Shown here piece by piece: positions 28,376-42,294 of a stretch of 64,000 bases of DNA (position 1 is the first letter of the stretch; each line of letters opens with the position of its first letter). The notes beneath the pieces were generated by a model, which was not told where the DNA came from, ran no database searches, and saw only the letters and a program-made list of their open reading frames with translations. The DNA comes from Phoronis australis (taxonomy: Eukaryota > Animalia > Phoronida), in NCBI GenBank assembly GCA_002633005.1, contig NMRA01000594.1, forward strand, positions 194,541 to 258,540, read 5' to 3'. The position numbers and the translations under genes were made by a program.

Positions 28376-29597
28376 AAACATGAGGGGATCCAGAGAGTTG
28401 ACCAGATGCCAGAACAGAAATTGAAGTGGAACCTTTTAACTTCGAAGTAACAATGAAATGCTTTCTCTTTATTTTTTGCACAGTTCTCTACGTTGTTGTG
28501 TTGTGTATATTTTTATATGTATCTGTCTTTTGTAATAAATATATTAATTGTGAAAAAAAAACATTTGCACAGATGACATTTTACTCAGGGACAGAAACAG
28601 ATTCATTGAAGTAAAGTTGCTCCCACCTCCTTCTGCACAATTGGATCGGTAGACATACGTGTTTCGATGACTTTGTAAGTTTTGTTCTAAAATCCCCTCG
28701 ACCCCAACACCCTTATACCCACGACCCCCTCGACAAACCACCCCCTCGACCCACGACCTACATTACCCAAGCCCGGCTTCGGCTCCGTCAAATTATCGAT
28801 TCACCTTCGGCTTCGCTGGGTCTGGCTGGTATTAGGAACACTGTACAGCTGTGCAAACCGGCACGACCAGCAGCAGAAAATCCCCCGTTTCAAACGCACC
28901 AAAAACACGGCGTTCGCCATTACACAATCGAAACCGCAACACCGCACCTTTTGTGAGAGAAAGGGAAGACGGACCTCCGAGGCACCGAAAACACGCTTAT
29001 GCCCCTTTCGTCTATAGCAGGACTGGAATGCCGGAGATGACCAAGAATCACGAATATTTTTTTCGGCTTCACGGATCAGAGTACACTAGGCCGGGGAAGT
29101 TGGCACGCGAGATAGCACGCCTTCTTTCTGCACAAGGCCTGCTGTGCAGAGCCAGAGTTTACACTATTGAGTTCGTCTGCTGTAACAATGTCTCATGCAA
29201 TAAAACTCAAACTTCGAATTTATTACATCCACCTATAGGATGTGCACTGAAATAAGTGGGGGTACAGCCCCCCCCCCTCCAGCCCTTATAATGCGCTGCC
29301 CATGCAAGATCATTTTTTTCATTAAAGACTTCTCTCACTGCATATTCTTAGTTTTTTAATTTTTCGGTTAGGTAATATGAAAATAAATATCGTAAAATCA
29401 AACTAAATCAGCATTTTTATGCCAAACAGTCGCGAATTTATTTCGTTCTGAAGAAAAATTAGTAATTTCCAACTCTCCCAACAAATGATATAAGGGTTGG
29501 AACTCGTTTTGTGCTGCGGAACACAGCAGATAAGAAGACGGTGACAATTTTGAGCGACACCTGGACAACCATTATTAGTCCGGGAACCAAATGCTGA

Positions 29598-30660
29598 TTT
29601 TAATCTAACCTGAGCTTGGTGGATATCCTAGGCATAGGTAATCATGATTTGAGAGGGTGAACTTTGGCAACCCTTGAGTATTTTTTAATTATGCAAACTA
29701 AGGCCGTCGTTATGCAATTTTCTTTTTTTACCTATAATTCCTTACTAAGCGCTGCAAGCAGATTATTTAGATGTTTTCATGCACCCATGTTTCAATTAGT
29801 GTACGTTTTGGGAGGTATGTAGTGAATGTACATAATTTATGCAAATTAAGACCGCTAATATTCGAAATATTTACTTGTTTTAATAGCTATGTTATCAATC
29901 ATCACAAGTGATTCATTATATTTGCACCAATGATCCTATGGTAAATTAGTTTAATGAAATCAGTTTGCATGTTGTTGCTTGATAAATTTGCATAAATCAC
30001 GCAAACTAAGGCCACAGTTATTCAAAATTATACTTTTGCTCATAACGCCCTTACCAAGTACTGCAGACAGGTTACTTTAATGTTTTAACTTACGCTTCTA
30101 TGGCCAGTGAATTCAATGGAGCTCGTTTGTAGGTGTTTACATCGTGGATTTGCTTAATGCATGCAAAGTAAGTCTGTCATTTTGCAAATGTTTTACTTTT
30201 GCTTATAGCTGAAGTACCAGGCACTAAAGGTAAATAATTTTCACGTTTGTACCAATGTTGATGCGGTCATTTCATTTAATGAAATCAGTTTGCAAGTTGT
30301 TGCTTGATGAATTTTCATAATTGATACAAAAAATGACACCAGTATTTCAAACATTGCTTCTAGCAATATTTTCCTTACAACAGTTACATGTAGATTATCG
30401 TCGAATATGTCTCATGTCTTCATGGTCAGCATGAATTTGCATATTAATTGATAAATTACACAAATTACAGCTGTAATATTCAACAGTCTACTTGTGGTTA
30501 GTACTGCTGCATCAGACACCAGAGGTTAGTTATCAATATTTGCACCCATGTCTCTGTGTCAATAAATTAAAAGAAATCTGTTTGCAAGTTGTAGAATGAT
30601 AAATTTGCAGATTCTGCTTTTGAAGATGAAGTACGAAAATGTTTTGGTGTAATGTGAGCT
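29598..30660 (+). repeat. Old ~160-bp diverged tandem array, possibly another HINE family
   Basis: atgcaaaytaaggcc-like motif near 29691, 29839, 29999, 30161, 30324, 30458; starts with ttttaatctaacctgagc, resembling Helentron left ends. Confidence 0.55.
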
Positions 30661-31299
30661 CTTCAGTTTGAGATCTTAAATTCAGTTGACGATATTGCTC
30701 CCTATAAGAGCTGATCAGTCTAACTATTACCTCGGGGAAATAATACGCTGTGCTCTACAGCTAATTCATATGGTAGGACCAAAATACAGAAAAAACTTTG
30801 CCTTTGGAAATCTTCTGGCCGCACCAAATAGATTGTGCAATCAATCTAGCTAAAACTTTGCGATATTTTGTTTTCCTAATAACAGTCACAAAGACGACCT
30901 TTACAATTTATATTTGAAATCAATGTTATTATTTACTAAATAATCTTGGCTAAAATACTGCACAAGAAGAAGTCACTTCCATATAAAATTCTCTGTGAGC
31001 ACATGGGCTCGTCTTCTGCCTTTCCTCATTTTTCTTCATTTCGCGCTAGCCCATCAATCCCATTTTGCAGGACCACACGCGATACTCACTGTAAAATTTT
31101 GTCTAGATGAATCACTTAACGGCAAAAATCCAATACCGACTCGGCTAGAATGCAGTGCTTCATGTTTTTTATTGCTGGAGCGCCAAGACGCGGACCAAAC
31201 ATAACCTTAAATTCAGGATGTATAATCACAGGGAAAATTTATTCATTTTCATCTGGGAAGCAATAGAGGGTTTTGGTTCTCTAAAAATTCATTCGCCGC

Positions 31300-31380
31300 C
31301 TGGGCGACCAGCAAGTGAACTTCGCCCACCCTCATTTTTAATCGCATTGGCGACTGGGCGAGTGGCTAAGTATATCCCTG
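31300..31380 (-). mobile_element. Single end of a hAT-like MITE
   Basis: Minus strand begins cagggatatacttagccactcgcccagtcgcca (CAGGG terminus); partner end not found. Confidence 0.3.
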
Positions 31381-31659
31381 ATTAAGTACATACTGAATGA
31401 GCGATGACAGCCTCAGGTTGAATGCAAGCACATTTGACTAATGTTGGTAGACTGGAACTTGTTGCGAGAAAAGCGAGACCATACAAAAGCATGCTCGGGA
31501 ATGGGAGGCAACCAATTTGACGGCTGTTATTCAGAGCAGAAATCTAATTCTCAAATTGCGGGACCCTGGGAGTGGTCACATCATTTTTAAACAACAATAT
31601 ACTATGAATGAGAGCTCCTCAAAGGCAAAGGGATATATCCAAAGGCACATCACTAGGAA

Positions 31660-33453
31660 TGTCAGATGATTGACTGTGAGTTTGTTTAAAAGGTAGCCAT
31701 GTTTTGAGATTCTGCGTAGATGGAAAGTGAATAATCAAATCCAGTAATTAATGTATTATATTTTAAGCCCTAATTAGACAAGTGAAAAATGTTGTTAATT
31801 AAGTGAACAACACTAGCGCCGTCTTTAAAGATTACCTCAATCAATCAACCAAAATAATTGTCAGAAATTGACTGTGGATTTGTTTAAAAGGTAGCTACGC
31901 TTTGAGATTGTGCGTTGATGTAGAGTGAATAATCAAATCCAGTAATTAATTAATTTATTATATGATAACCCCTAATTAGACCAATGAAACCTATTGTTAA
32001 TTCAGTAATCAACTACAGAGAGTATCTATACGCTAGCGCCTTCTTTAAAGATTACTTTAATCAATCAACCAAAATAATCAAATAATGTCTTATCTGCTAT
32101 CCAAGCTAGGACTCTCCACTTGTTGGATGTCTGTCCTGTTGGTGAATCTTCGAACTACACACACTGTATAGCGACAGTGTACTTGCTGGTCAACGTCTCA
32201 GGAGATGCAACACTTGCAGCCAATTTCTTCTACCCGCGATTCTTCTTGCTGGTCACAGTCTCTGGCTGATGACGCAAGACTTCAGGTAGTATCTTACTAC
32301 CCACGATGCAAGTGAAAAGCTCTTAGTTAACTTCATGTTCGTTAACACTTGACTTTGCCAAGATCCTTTCTAGAATCTTCCACGTGATGGCTCTGTCGTA
32401 CAATTTCCTCTGTACACTGTTGCAAATCTTTATGCTTCAACTACTATAGCGCATCTAATTATATTGTTGATTTCAGCCCATAATATAACATTCTACTTAT
32501 TTAGTGATTGGCTAATAAAAACCACATGATCGTATCCAATCATATTTTTGGCAGTTACAATTTGTTCTCAGACTTTTCTAGAATCTCTAGAGTACTTTGA
32601 CCCCAGAACCTAAAGTAGTAAACACCATCTAAATATAGATTTTGACGTTAAAGTACATATCAACAAGTCTTACCCCATGATTTAAAAGTACATATCCACT
32701 AATTTTGGGCAACTTAAAATGGATCTATTCTTACTAATTACTTAATCAATACTTATTCTCACAATAAACAAATGTCTTATCTGCTATCCAAGCTGGACTC
32801 TCCTTTTGTTGCATGACTGTCCTGTTGGAAAAAACCTTCAAACTACATACACTGTATTGTGGCAGTGTAATTGCTGGTCACCGTCTCTGGTGACGCAACA
32901 CTTGCAGGCAATTTCTTCTACCCGAGATTCTTCTTGCCGGTTACGGTCTCTGGCTGGTGACCCAACACTTCAAGTAGTATCTTACTACTCACGATGCAAG
33001 TGACAAGCTCATAGTTAACTTCCTGTTCGTTAGCCCTTGCCCTTGCCAAGATCCTTTCTAGAATCCTAAAAACGAGATGACTCCTTCGTACAATTTTCCT
33101 CTGTACACTGTAACATTTTTTATGCTTCAACTACTACAGCTCATCTGAATTTCTTTTTGACTTAAGCCCATATCATAATATTCTACTTATTTAGTGATTG
33201 GTTAATAAAAACCACATGATCATACCTAATCATATCATTGGCTGTTACAGTTTGTGCTCAGAATTTTCTAGAATATCTAGAGTACTTCGACCCCTGAACC
33301 CAAAGTTGTAAACACCAATTAAAAATAGATTTTTATGTTAAAGTACATGTCAACAAGTTTGAACCCAAGATTTAAAAGTACATATGCGCACATTTTGGGC
33401 AACTTAAAATGGATCTATTCTTACTTATTATTTAATGAATACTTATTCTGACA
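31660..33453 (-). repeat. 3' LTR, interrupted by a solo LTR
   Basis: 31660-31858 plus about 32769-33453 reconstitute one LTR collinear with 37335-38217. Confidence 0.88.
31859..32763 (-). repeat. Solo LTR of the same family inserted in the 3' LTR
   Basis: tgtcagaaattgactgtg...tattctcaca flanked by ataat/ataaa. Confidence 0.88.
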
Positions 33454-36400
33454 AATATACCGCGCCTCAAGAAAATACTTCTCAAGATTTTCTCAACAAA
33501 GAAGACTTAAATGTTGATTGACCCTTAGATCTACTACCCAATTTCCATGAATCTTCAATGCTCTAACCTACTCAGGTAATCAGCACCAACATTCTTTGTG
33601 CCTCTGATAGCTTCAACCTTAAATCGATAGTTTTGCAAAAAACAGGCCCACCTCATCATGCGTCCATTGACTAACTTACTTTTATAATGTAAGCCAGGGG
33701 TTGATGGTCAGTATGAATGATAAGTTCTTTACTATACAAGTACATTGCAAATTTTCTAATGGCAAATACAATAGCCAAACATTCCCTCTCTATGACAGAG
33801 TAATTCCGTTCCCGAGGTAACAATTCCTTACTGGCACAAGGTACTAGGAACCTGCAATCATCATACTCCTGTAACAAAATACAGCCTATACTAGTATCTA
33901 ACGCATCAGTCTGAGCAATAAAAGGTTTACTTAAATCGGGCATTCTCAGTATGGGTGCTCTCGTCAGCATGTCTCGAAGACTGTCGAATGCAATGCTGCT
34001 GAGCTACTTCCCATTGCACGGTGTTAGGCTGTTTCTTCTTTGTGAGCTCAAAAAGTGGGACGGCGATTTCAGCGAAGTTTGGGATGAACGTCCTGTAGTA
34101 GCCAGCCAACCCAAGAAAAGAACGAACTTGTGTCTTCGTTCTGGGTCGTGGTGCATCTCGGATGCCTCCCAGCTTCTCTTCATCCGTTGCCAGGTGCCCT
34201 TCACTGACCACATGTCCAACAAAATCTACGGAACGAGATCCAACCGAACATTTGGTGGGTCGAATCATTAGTCTACCCTCTCGCTCACGTTGGAAGATGT
34301 CTTGCAATGTGGCAAGGTTTTCAGTCCATGTCTTATTATGGCACAGAATGGCATCCACAAAGTGTTCTGTGTTATGTGCTCCTGCCAACATCTTCCTCAT
34401 CATGCGGTTGAAGGTCACTGCCCAATTTGCAGACCAAATGATTTCTTTACGAACTTGAAGCAACCACTTAGTACTACAAACGAGGTCTTGGGTCGTGATT
34501 CTTCTGCGACAATGACTTGCCAGTATCCTTTACTTAGATCAATCTTGGTAAAATACTGGTCTTTACTGATCTCAGCCATGATGTCACCGGGATTGCCCAT
34601 CGGTTCCGAGTCAAACTTGGTGATGGCGTTCCAACGACGAAAATCGATGCAGAATCGATTTTAACCGTCCTTCTTCTTCACTAAGACCACCGGAGAGTTG
34701 TAGGGAACATCGGATGGTTCCATGACTTCACACTTGAACATGTCAACTTCCTCCTGCACAATGGTCTGGGTGCCATATGACAGGGGATATGGCTTGACTC
34801 TTACCGGCTCTTCACTAATGGTCTCAATCTTGTGCTCAACTAGATGGGTCGTACCCGGTACCTCACTAAAGATACCAAAGTACTTTTCTAGCAGACTTAT
34901 CACCTCCCTTTGTTGACCAGTAATGAGCTCGGCTGATATCTTGACATCTTAGTATGTTTCTTTTTGGTTTGTCGATCCCAGCTCTAGTAGATGTTTATCA
35001 TCGAAAACCTTAATTTCATTGTCCATTTCAGGCTGCAGTACAGCTATGGGTGCAATGTCAGAAGTTTGATCCGCATCATCTTTACTTGCAGACCCACTTT
35101 GGTCGCGAGATATGTAGAGTTATTACAGGTTGGCATGGTATGTCATGGTCTTTCCACCAACCCTTACTCGGTAGTCCATTTTATTGAGTACCTCGGTCAC
35201 TTTGTAGTGACCCCTCCACTGCAGTAGCAGCTTTTTACTGTCGGTTGGTAACAATATCAAGACTTGATCTTCTACTTTGAAGCGACGATGTCGTGTCTTA
35301 TTGTCATAATTATGCTTATGTGCTTCACCAGCATTTCGTGAGTTTTCCCGCACCAGTTCACATGTCTCTTCCAGACGATGTCGCAAGTCGAGGACATACT
35401 CAAAAGTATTCCGTACGTCTGGTGTTTCATTGCCAGTCCACAACTCTTTAAGAACCTGCATGGGCCTTCGCACGGTTCTACCATACAACCGTTCAAATGG
35501 CGTGGAACCTGTGCTCACTTGTGGTACCTCTCGGTAGGCGAACAGTACTGCTGGTAAGTACCGGTCCCTATCTTTTGGACGCTCTTGGCACATTTTCTTA
35601 AGCACACTCTTCAGTACACCGTTATTACGCTCACACAATAAACTGCATTTCGGATTGTACAGAGTGGTGAACAGATGCTTCATGGATATTAGCCTTGCAA
35701 CTTATTCCAGTACTTCTGAGATGAACTGTGTCCCAGAGTGACTAAGCACCTCTCATGCAAAGCCGATTCTACTGAAGGTTTCAAACAATGCTTCTGCGAC
35801 TCGCTCAGCTTCTATTCTGGGTAGAGCGACTACCTCTGGGTATCTTGTGGAATAGTCTACGATGGTAAGAATGAACCGGTACCCTCTGTCTTTGATTAGC
35901 GATACAGGACCAATCAAATCAACAGCTATGCGCTGGGACGGTCCTTCCATTAGCGGCGTCTCACCCAATGGCAATTTAGAGATCCTGACTTTATGAGTTG
36001 TTCGCTGGCATATGTCACATGATCTACAGAAACGATTTATGGCACTGCCAACTCCTGTCCAATAAAAGCTACTGGCTATTCTATCACTGGTCTTCTTTAC
36101 ATCAAGGTGCCCGCCAACGATTGACTCGTGAGCTAGCGTCATAACCTAATGTCGATATTTGACAGGGAAAACTATCTGACGCAACTATTTGGAGTTATCA
36201 GCATACATTCGGTACAGGAACCCTTTTGCTTTTCATACAAGTATTGACCTGTACCACGTATTCTTGCTGATTTGTCTTTCTCAACAAGTTCCATGAGCTA
36301 ACGTTAGGAAGGATCATGCTGTTGTTCGTCCTTCAACTTGCTGAAGTCGAGACTTGCCACTCCGTTTGGTGTTATCGCCAAAGGCTTAATAAGTTTTTCG

Positions 36401-37334
36401 CTCTTCTTCCTGTGCTCTAGTGTTTTGACTGCGGATGTGACACTGCCTTGTGGCAGCCAATTGGTATCAGGATCCTTGCTGACGCCAACAGCATTCTCTA
36501 TGATGAGGTCGTAGATCGGTGTTCGAATACACATCGCCTCGATTTCACCAACGAAGTAAGGAGTGTCTACCTCAATCTTGGCTATGCGAAAGGACCGTGC
36601 TGTCCCATCTATTAACACACAGATGTGTTGTTTCCCAGTCACTTGACTTTCTTTGACTAGGGACGTCTTCACCGCTGCACTACAGCAACCAGTGTCACGC
36701 ATCATGCGTACTTTTATTTCGTTGACGTAACTGTCACAGACGGGCATATTGTGGTTAGCTGGAGATTCTCTGTGCTTTTCACAGGTCCCTGTCTCTACGG
36801 ATATTGATGTCCCATCGACTATTTGCAGACAGCCATCAACTATGTGCCGCTATATCGGACTAGCTTTCGCTACCACAGCTTGACACATAACCGTCTTCTT
36901 GGTGTCTTCTGTCTTGGCCCGTTCCGAGACGACTGCTAACCTGTAGCGAATCTTTTGGACTGGAAGTCTTCCATTCCACATACCCTGGCTAGATGACCTT
37001 TCCGATGACAATTGAAACACTCTTTGTCACCCTTGTTTCTGGTCATCGATGACCGACAAGTCTCTGTTCTGCGTTCCTCTTTCCGTTTATGGGCGCGCTC
37101 TTCACGCTCCAAGGCCTGCCGCAAGAGCTCCTCTGCGCACTTCCTAAAATCTCCACCGGTATAACCGAACTGTATCGCTTGCGCAATATACTTTTCAAAA
37201 CCCATTTGAGAGGAGGGGTTTTATTCCCATAATGCATATTATTAATTATTATTCAAATGGTAATTACAGGGTTCAAAACAATACACCACAAACACGTAAA
37301 CCTTTATTTAAACTCTGTAGGACTGTCCCCCAAA

Positions 37335-38217
37335 TGTTAGATGATTGACTGTGGGTTTGTTTAAAAGATAGCTATGCTTTGAGATTGTGCGAAGTTGGAA
37401 AGTGAATAATTAAATCCAGTAATTAATTTACTATATGACAAGTTCTAATTAGACAAGTGAAACCTGTTTTAGTTAAGTAATCAACTACAAAGAAGAATAA
37501 CCACACTAACGCCCTCTTTAAAGATTACCTCAATCAATCAACCAAAATAATCAAATGTCTTATTTGCTATCCAAGCTAGGACTCTCCACTTGTTGGATGA
37601 CTGTTGCTTGGTGAATATTCGAACTATACACACCGTATTGTGACAGTGTACTTGCTAGTCACCGTCTCTGGTGATGCAACACTTGCAGGCAATTTCTTCT
37701 ACCCGCGATTCTTCTTGCTGGTTACAGTCTGTAGCTTGTGACGCAACACATCAAGTAGTCTCTTGCTACCCACGATGCAAGTGACAAGCTCTTACTTAAC
37801 ATCCTGTTCGTTATATCTTGCCCTTGCCAAGAACTTTTCTAGAATCTTCCACGAGATGGCTGTCGTACAATTTTCTTCTGTACGCTGTAGCAAGTCTTTA
37901 TGCTTCAAATACTATAGGTCATCTGAATTTCATTTTTATTAAGCCCATATTATAATATTCTGCTTATTTAGTGATTGGTTAATAAAAACCACATGATCAT
38001 ACCCAAGCATGTCATTGGCTGTTACAGTTTGTTCTCAAAATTTTCTAGAATCTCTAGAGTACTTTGACCCCAGAACCCAAAGTTGTAAACACCATTTAAA
38101 ATAGATTTTGACGTTAAGGTAAATGTCAACAAGTTTGACCCCATGATTTAAAAGTACATATGCACAGATTTTGGGCATCTATTCTTACTTATTACTTAAT
38201 CAATATTTATTCTGACA
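37335..38217 (-). repeat. 5' LTR (883 bp)
   Basis: tgttagatgattgactgtg...tattctgaca; adjacent to PBS-like sequence and gag. Confidence 0.9.
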
Positions 38218-39082
38218 AGGAGCAATAATAACAGTTGAGCAGGTTACTGGGTAGTTCAGCTACTTTTACAGAAATCTCCGGCCTTATGAACACACGGTGT
38301 AAAAGAATTCTTTGTCAACCAAGTTAATTACAATGTGAACGTGCAATCGCAACTATTCGAAGGACATTTGTGTTCTTTCGACGTTTACCAAAATACTATG
38401 CCAATCACTGTTCCGTAAATTCATTGCTGAATTTGGAACACAAGGGCCGAGTTGCATAAATATTTACGCCCTATAGCAACCATTACGTCGCATTATCACG
38501 CGTCACGTTGTTATTGTTGAAAAGTGCTGCTGCAAGACGTCATGTAACAATCAAACTTATCCATCGGATAACTTTTGAAGGTTTATGCAACTCAGTCTAG
38601 ACCAATGGAAATGAAGTCCAAGTATTGAATCTTTGTTGCGTGTGGTTTTTACTATGTTACACTTCCAAATGGTTCCCATTCTGCGATGTAGTTCTGTGAC
38701 AATGATTGAACAACATTGTCATCTATCCAACTTCAAGGTTACTTCGCGAGAGTTTCAAGATGAACATGAGACATGTCTCAATTATTTCAGCAGTCAATCG
38801 AAATGGAAAGGGCTTCAGTTTCAGATGGCATTCGTCTGTGCCATAGACTAACTAGCTTGAAGCGTCAGTAGTTCTGCTTGTACATGTACAGTGTATATGT
38901 AGTACACACTTAGCAGACTTATTCGAAATCTCCAAAATTACTCCTATTTTTAGCAGAGGGTAGTCACAGAGCATTTTTTCATTCATAGGCTTAAGTGAAG
39001 TATTTAATTGGCAAAAATGGTATAGATCCCTTCCAATGCATCAAATCGAACATACGACATACAAGTTATTATGATGAGTTAC

Positions 39083-39181
39083 CATAACGCTTCTGCTTCT
39101 CCATCCCCTGCGGTGTGTCAGCATAGAAGTTGATGTTGTTGATTATGACAACAAGCCCTTGACCGATGTTTGGGTAACACA
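39083..39181 (-). CDS. Caspase exon (start of p20 domain)
   Basis: tttctttctttctag|(x)CYPNIGQGLVVIINNINFYADTPQGMEKQKRY(G)|gtaact; 99 nt, phase 1 to 1; G.xxIINN..F and R.GS..D caspase motifs across the junction. Confidence 0.92.
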
Positions 39182-42100
39182 CTAGAAAGAAAGAAATCTG
39201 TAGAACAAAGCGTGTCATGTCAATAGCAGCAGCTACAATGCGTAAACCTTTTATTGTACATCGAATTAAAATTTGAAAATATGCACACTCCTTGCATTAT
39301 TTGTAAAAACACTGAACACTTTCCCAGAGATATATCTGCTAATAATAGAATTTTCATAATATAGCGGCACCTCGGAAAAAGCCTAAATTTTTCACAAGAT
39401 GCGGCAACATGTTCCCAACAATATCGCAACCTATGTAATCTATAGTACCTATCATATGGTAACAGAAAAAAAAAACGTCGGCAGCCCTTTCGCGAAACGG
39501 TAATGTCGTTCGAAATTATTGGATGGTCTCCAAATGAGACCTTTGCTAAAACAAGTAAAAAATACAACGAAATCTGACGTCTGGACTTGGAAATACATTG
39601 TAAAGTTATGTGTGTACAATCGATTTCTCAATTATCAGTAAAGGATTTATAGGACAATACTACCAAATACCGCAATTACTTTCTCTCAGGGAATTTTCCG
39701 AAACGCTACAAACCGTTTTGCTCTTCACGTTTAATTAGTGAGTATTTGTGAGTAACCAAATAAAAGTCCAATCCATTTGTTTGATTGCCCACGACTTCAG
39801 TGCCTTTGTTGAGCTACGGAGTGATATGCTGAATTTTAGATATTTAGTTAAACAATTTTAAAATATTCTCCTGGCAACCGATGTTTGCCCAGTTCGTTGT
39901 TAGGAAGCGCCAAAGGGTTCTTGCTCTCATCACTGTTTATGAGCGTCTCGTGCAGTGCATTAAAAAGTACCGCGTGGTTTAGAATTGACGCTTACGCAGT
40001 CGATACATGTAGTTAGTCAAACTCTGTTTCTACGCAACAACAAATTCATTTCTAAAAGGAACCGTCTTTTGTCAATGTTTAAAAGCCACATCCCGTACTT
40101 TTTGTGCCTCCGAAGCAGTACTATTAATAGTGGCAAGCAAGACAGGGTCACTCAATGAGTTTGGCTGACCGTTTTTGAAATATACGACACTATGACATAT
40201 TTCATCCTAAGGGACCAAACTCGAATCATTTTCTAATTGAAACCTGCACGGAGTTGGAATATTTCGAGGATTTTGCAAGTCATGAAAAAACTAATTTTTG
40301 AAAATGTGGAAAGCATAAATCACAAAATTTGTCTTAAGTTTACACCGAATTGTTCCCATTAATATTCTATGTCATTATTGACAGGGGAATGATTTCGAGT
40401 TTATTTTCGATAATGTTATTCAATCATTCACGTTCCAAATTTTGGACTATGAAGAAATGGAGAAAATTTGCTCATTTAACGACTTTGATCACAATCATAT
40501 AGCAGGTCAACGCTAGAAGTATATTCTTATATTTCAGGTTGCACGTGCCGGTTAAACTGTAGAGCGCTGATTCAATTTTAACATCGGTAGCTATCTTTGT
40601 GACAAATTCTTTGAACACGAAGTAGGGAAAGGGTGTAGGGCTACCCGATGTAACTGAAGATTTACAAAATCTTTATGGCAATGTCGAGTGGCACAGCATT
40701 GGTTCGCATTACAACATGTGCCTCCAATGCGTTTTAATGGCTGTTGAAACGATTGAGAACTGGTAGGTGCATGAAATGGCTCAATTTTGCGACCTGACAA
40801 TTTGGCGATATTTAACTCTGCAAGAAAGAGCATAATCTAAATATCTCCTCTCGATTTTGGCCGCGGGTAAAATGACAGGAGATTTTTGCGATCAGAAATT
40901 TATGAATGCGGTCTGCATTTGAAATTGCGACCTAGAATTTTGGCTAAGCAGCAAATTGCAATGTGTCGATTTTCATGGCGCCGAAAGCTGTAAGGGGATA
41001 TTTTTTCAACTTTTTCGCCTGTTATATGTATATGAGAATTATCTAAAAATGGAGAATTTTGGGTGCACACTAATCCAGAAAATTCATATCAAAAATGATA
41101 AAAATGGTTTATGAAGTTAAAATTATATCCGTATGGCCACTCAAGCGGATACTGCCTACAGTTCTTTAGGCTAAAACGTATTGTCGCTGCATTAAGAACG
41201 CAACTCTTAGAAAACTCCTAAATAAGAGACGATTTCATAAACCTGTTGAAAGGTAAATGTTACATGTTATCCAGTTACATACTACACTGTGATATTATAC
41301 CCGCAGACTTCGTTGTATGAGAATAACCACGTTTTGTACTTTGTTGAGGGACCAAAGTCACCCCTAGGAACCACCACAATCGCCAAAATTCTCACTGTTG
41401 TTATTATACACTTCACTACTAGTCCATAAGTACTAAGAATTTAAAGAAAATGTTTTCGCCAGGCAACATAGATATATCGCTAAAATTAAAAGAAGGGGCA
41501 TAACGGCTTCCCCATTCTTGGGCTGATGACGGTCCCAAGGCTCTCTAAATCAAAAATACCTTCACACCCACTTTATATATACAAAGCATGGAAGTTGTAG
41601 TGCATTTTTGTGAAAATGTTGTCAAATCACTGTTACCTAAGAAGCCAAATAGGGCAAGGCATAACAGTTGGATCCAGGATTTTAGTTGGGGGGACATAGC
41701 AAAGCATTAGCCAGGATTTTGCCGGTCAGATATTCGCACCCCTGCCAATCGAGTCTGGGAGAATTTGAGAAAGATTCCATATAAAAACCATATGAAAATG
41801 AAAAATTACTATATACTCAAAAACTCATACAGAGCTAATATTTTGTGCATGTGTTGGGATGCTGGCCCAAAGTACACTGCTACAATATTTGCACTCAATG
41901 ACCTTTGCTTACCGAGATATGCCCTATTTGGCTATATAGGCACATTTTGCATTTTTTCATGTCAGTAAAAGTGCATTTTTTGAACGGCAAAAAATCAGAC
42001 TTGGAAAACTGGTGACAAAGTTTGACATAGATGGTCACTAATAAAGGCTCATGTAAGATTAGTAAGAAAATTAAACTTAAAGGTACAATTAAATCTCCAG

Positions 42101-42294
42101 CAGGGGAGAAAACTCCGAGACCACTTTTCAGGCCAGTCAAAAGTGGCAAGATGTTGCTTAATCTTGCTTTCTTATATATTAAGTGCTAAACGTGGCCCTC
42201 GAATTTGGGCATTTTTGTGATGTGGCCTTACTTTGACTGACAAGAGAATTGAGGCTACACTTTTAGTTCAGAGATATCACCTAAAATATATGAT

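Larger units (their letters stand above)
23600..28561 (+). mobile_element. Near full-length degenerate L1/Tx1-clade LINE
   Basis: ORF1, ~0.8-kb inter-ORF spacer, ORF2 (APE-RT-Cys-rich tail), aataaa then poly(A) at 28553-28561; 5' boundary approximate. Confidence 0.9.
31660..38217 (-). mobile_element. Ty3/Gypsy LTR retrotransposon of Gmr1 type, degenerate but complete in outline
   Basis: TG..CA LTRs at both ends; 5-bp TSD aggaa/aggag; gag CCHC (CFNCHRKGHLARVC), protease (RDTG, 36304-36747), integrase (HESIVGGHL..CRSCDICQ, IAVDLIGP, 35123-36142), RT (YNSPVVLVKKKDG, KIDLSKGYWQ), RNase H (QTDA, YSVIERECLA, TDHQPL); PBS-like tgggggacagtcc. Confidence 0.92.

Noticed and set aside
28851-29255. 134-aa ORF
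   Set aside because: Non-ATG start, no recognisable domain or splice context
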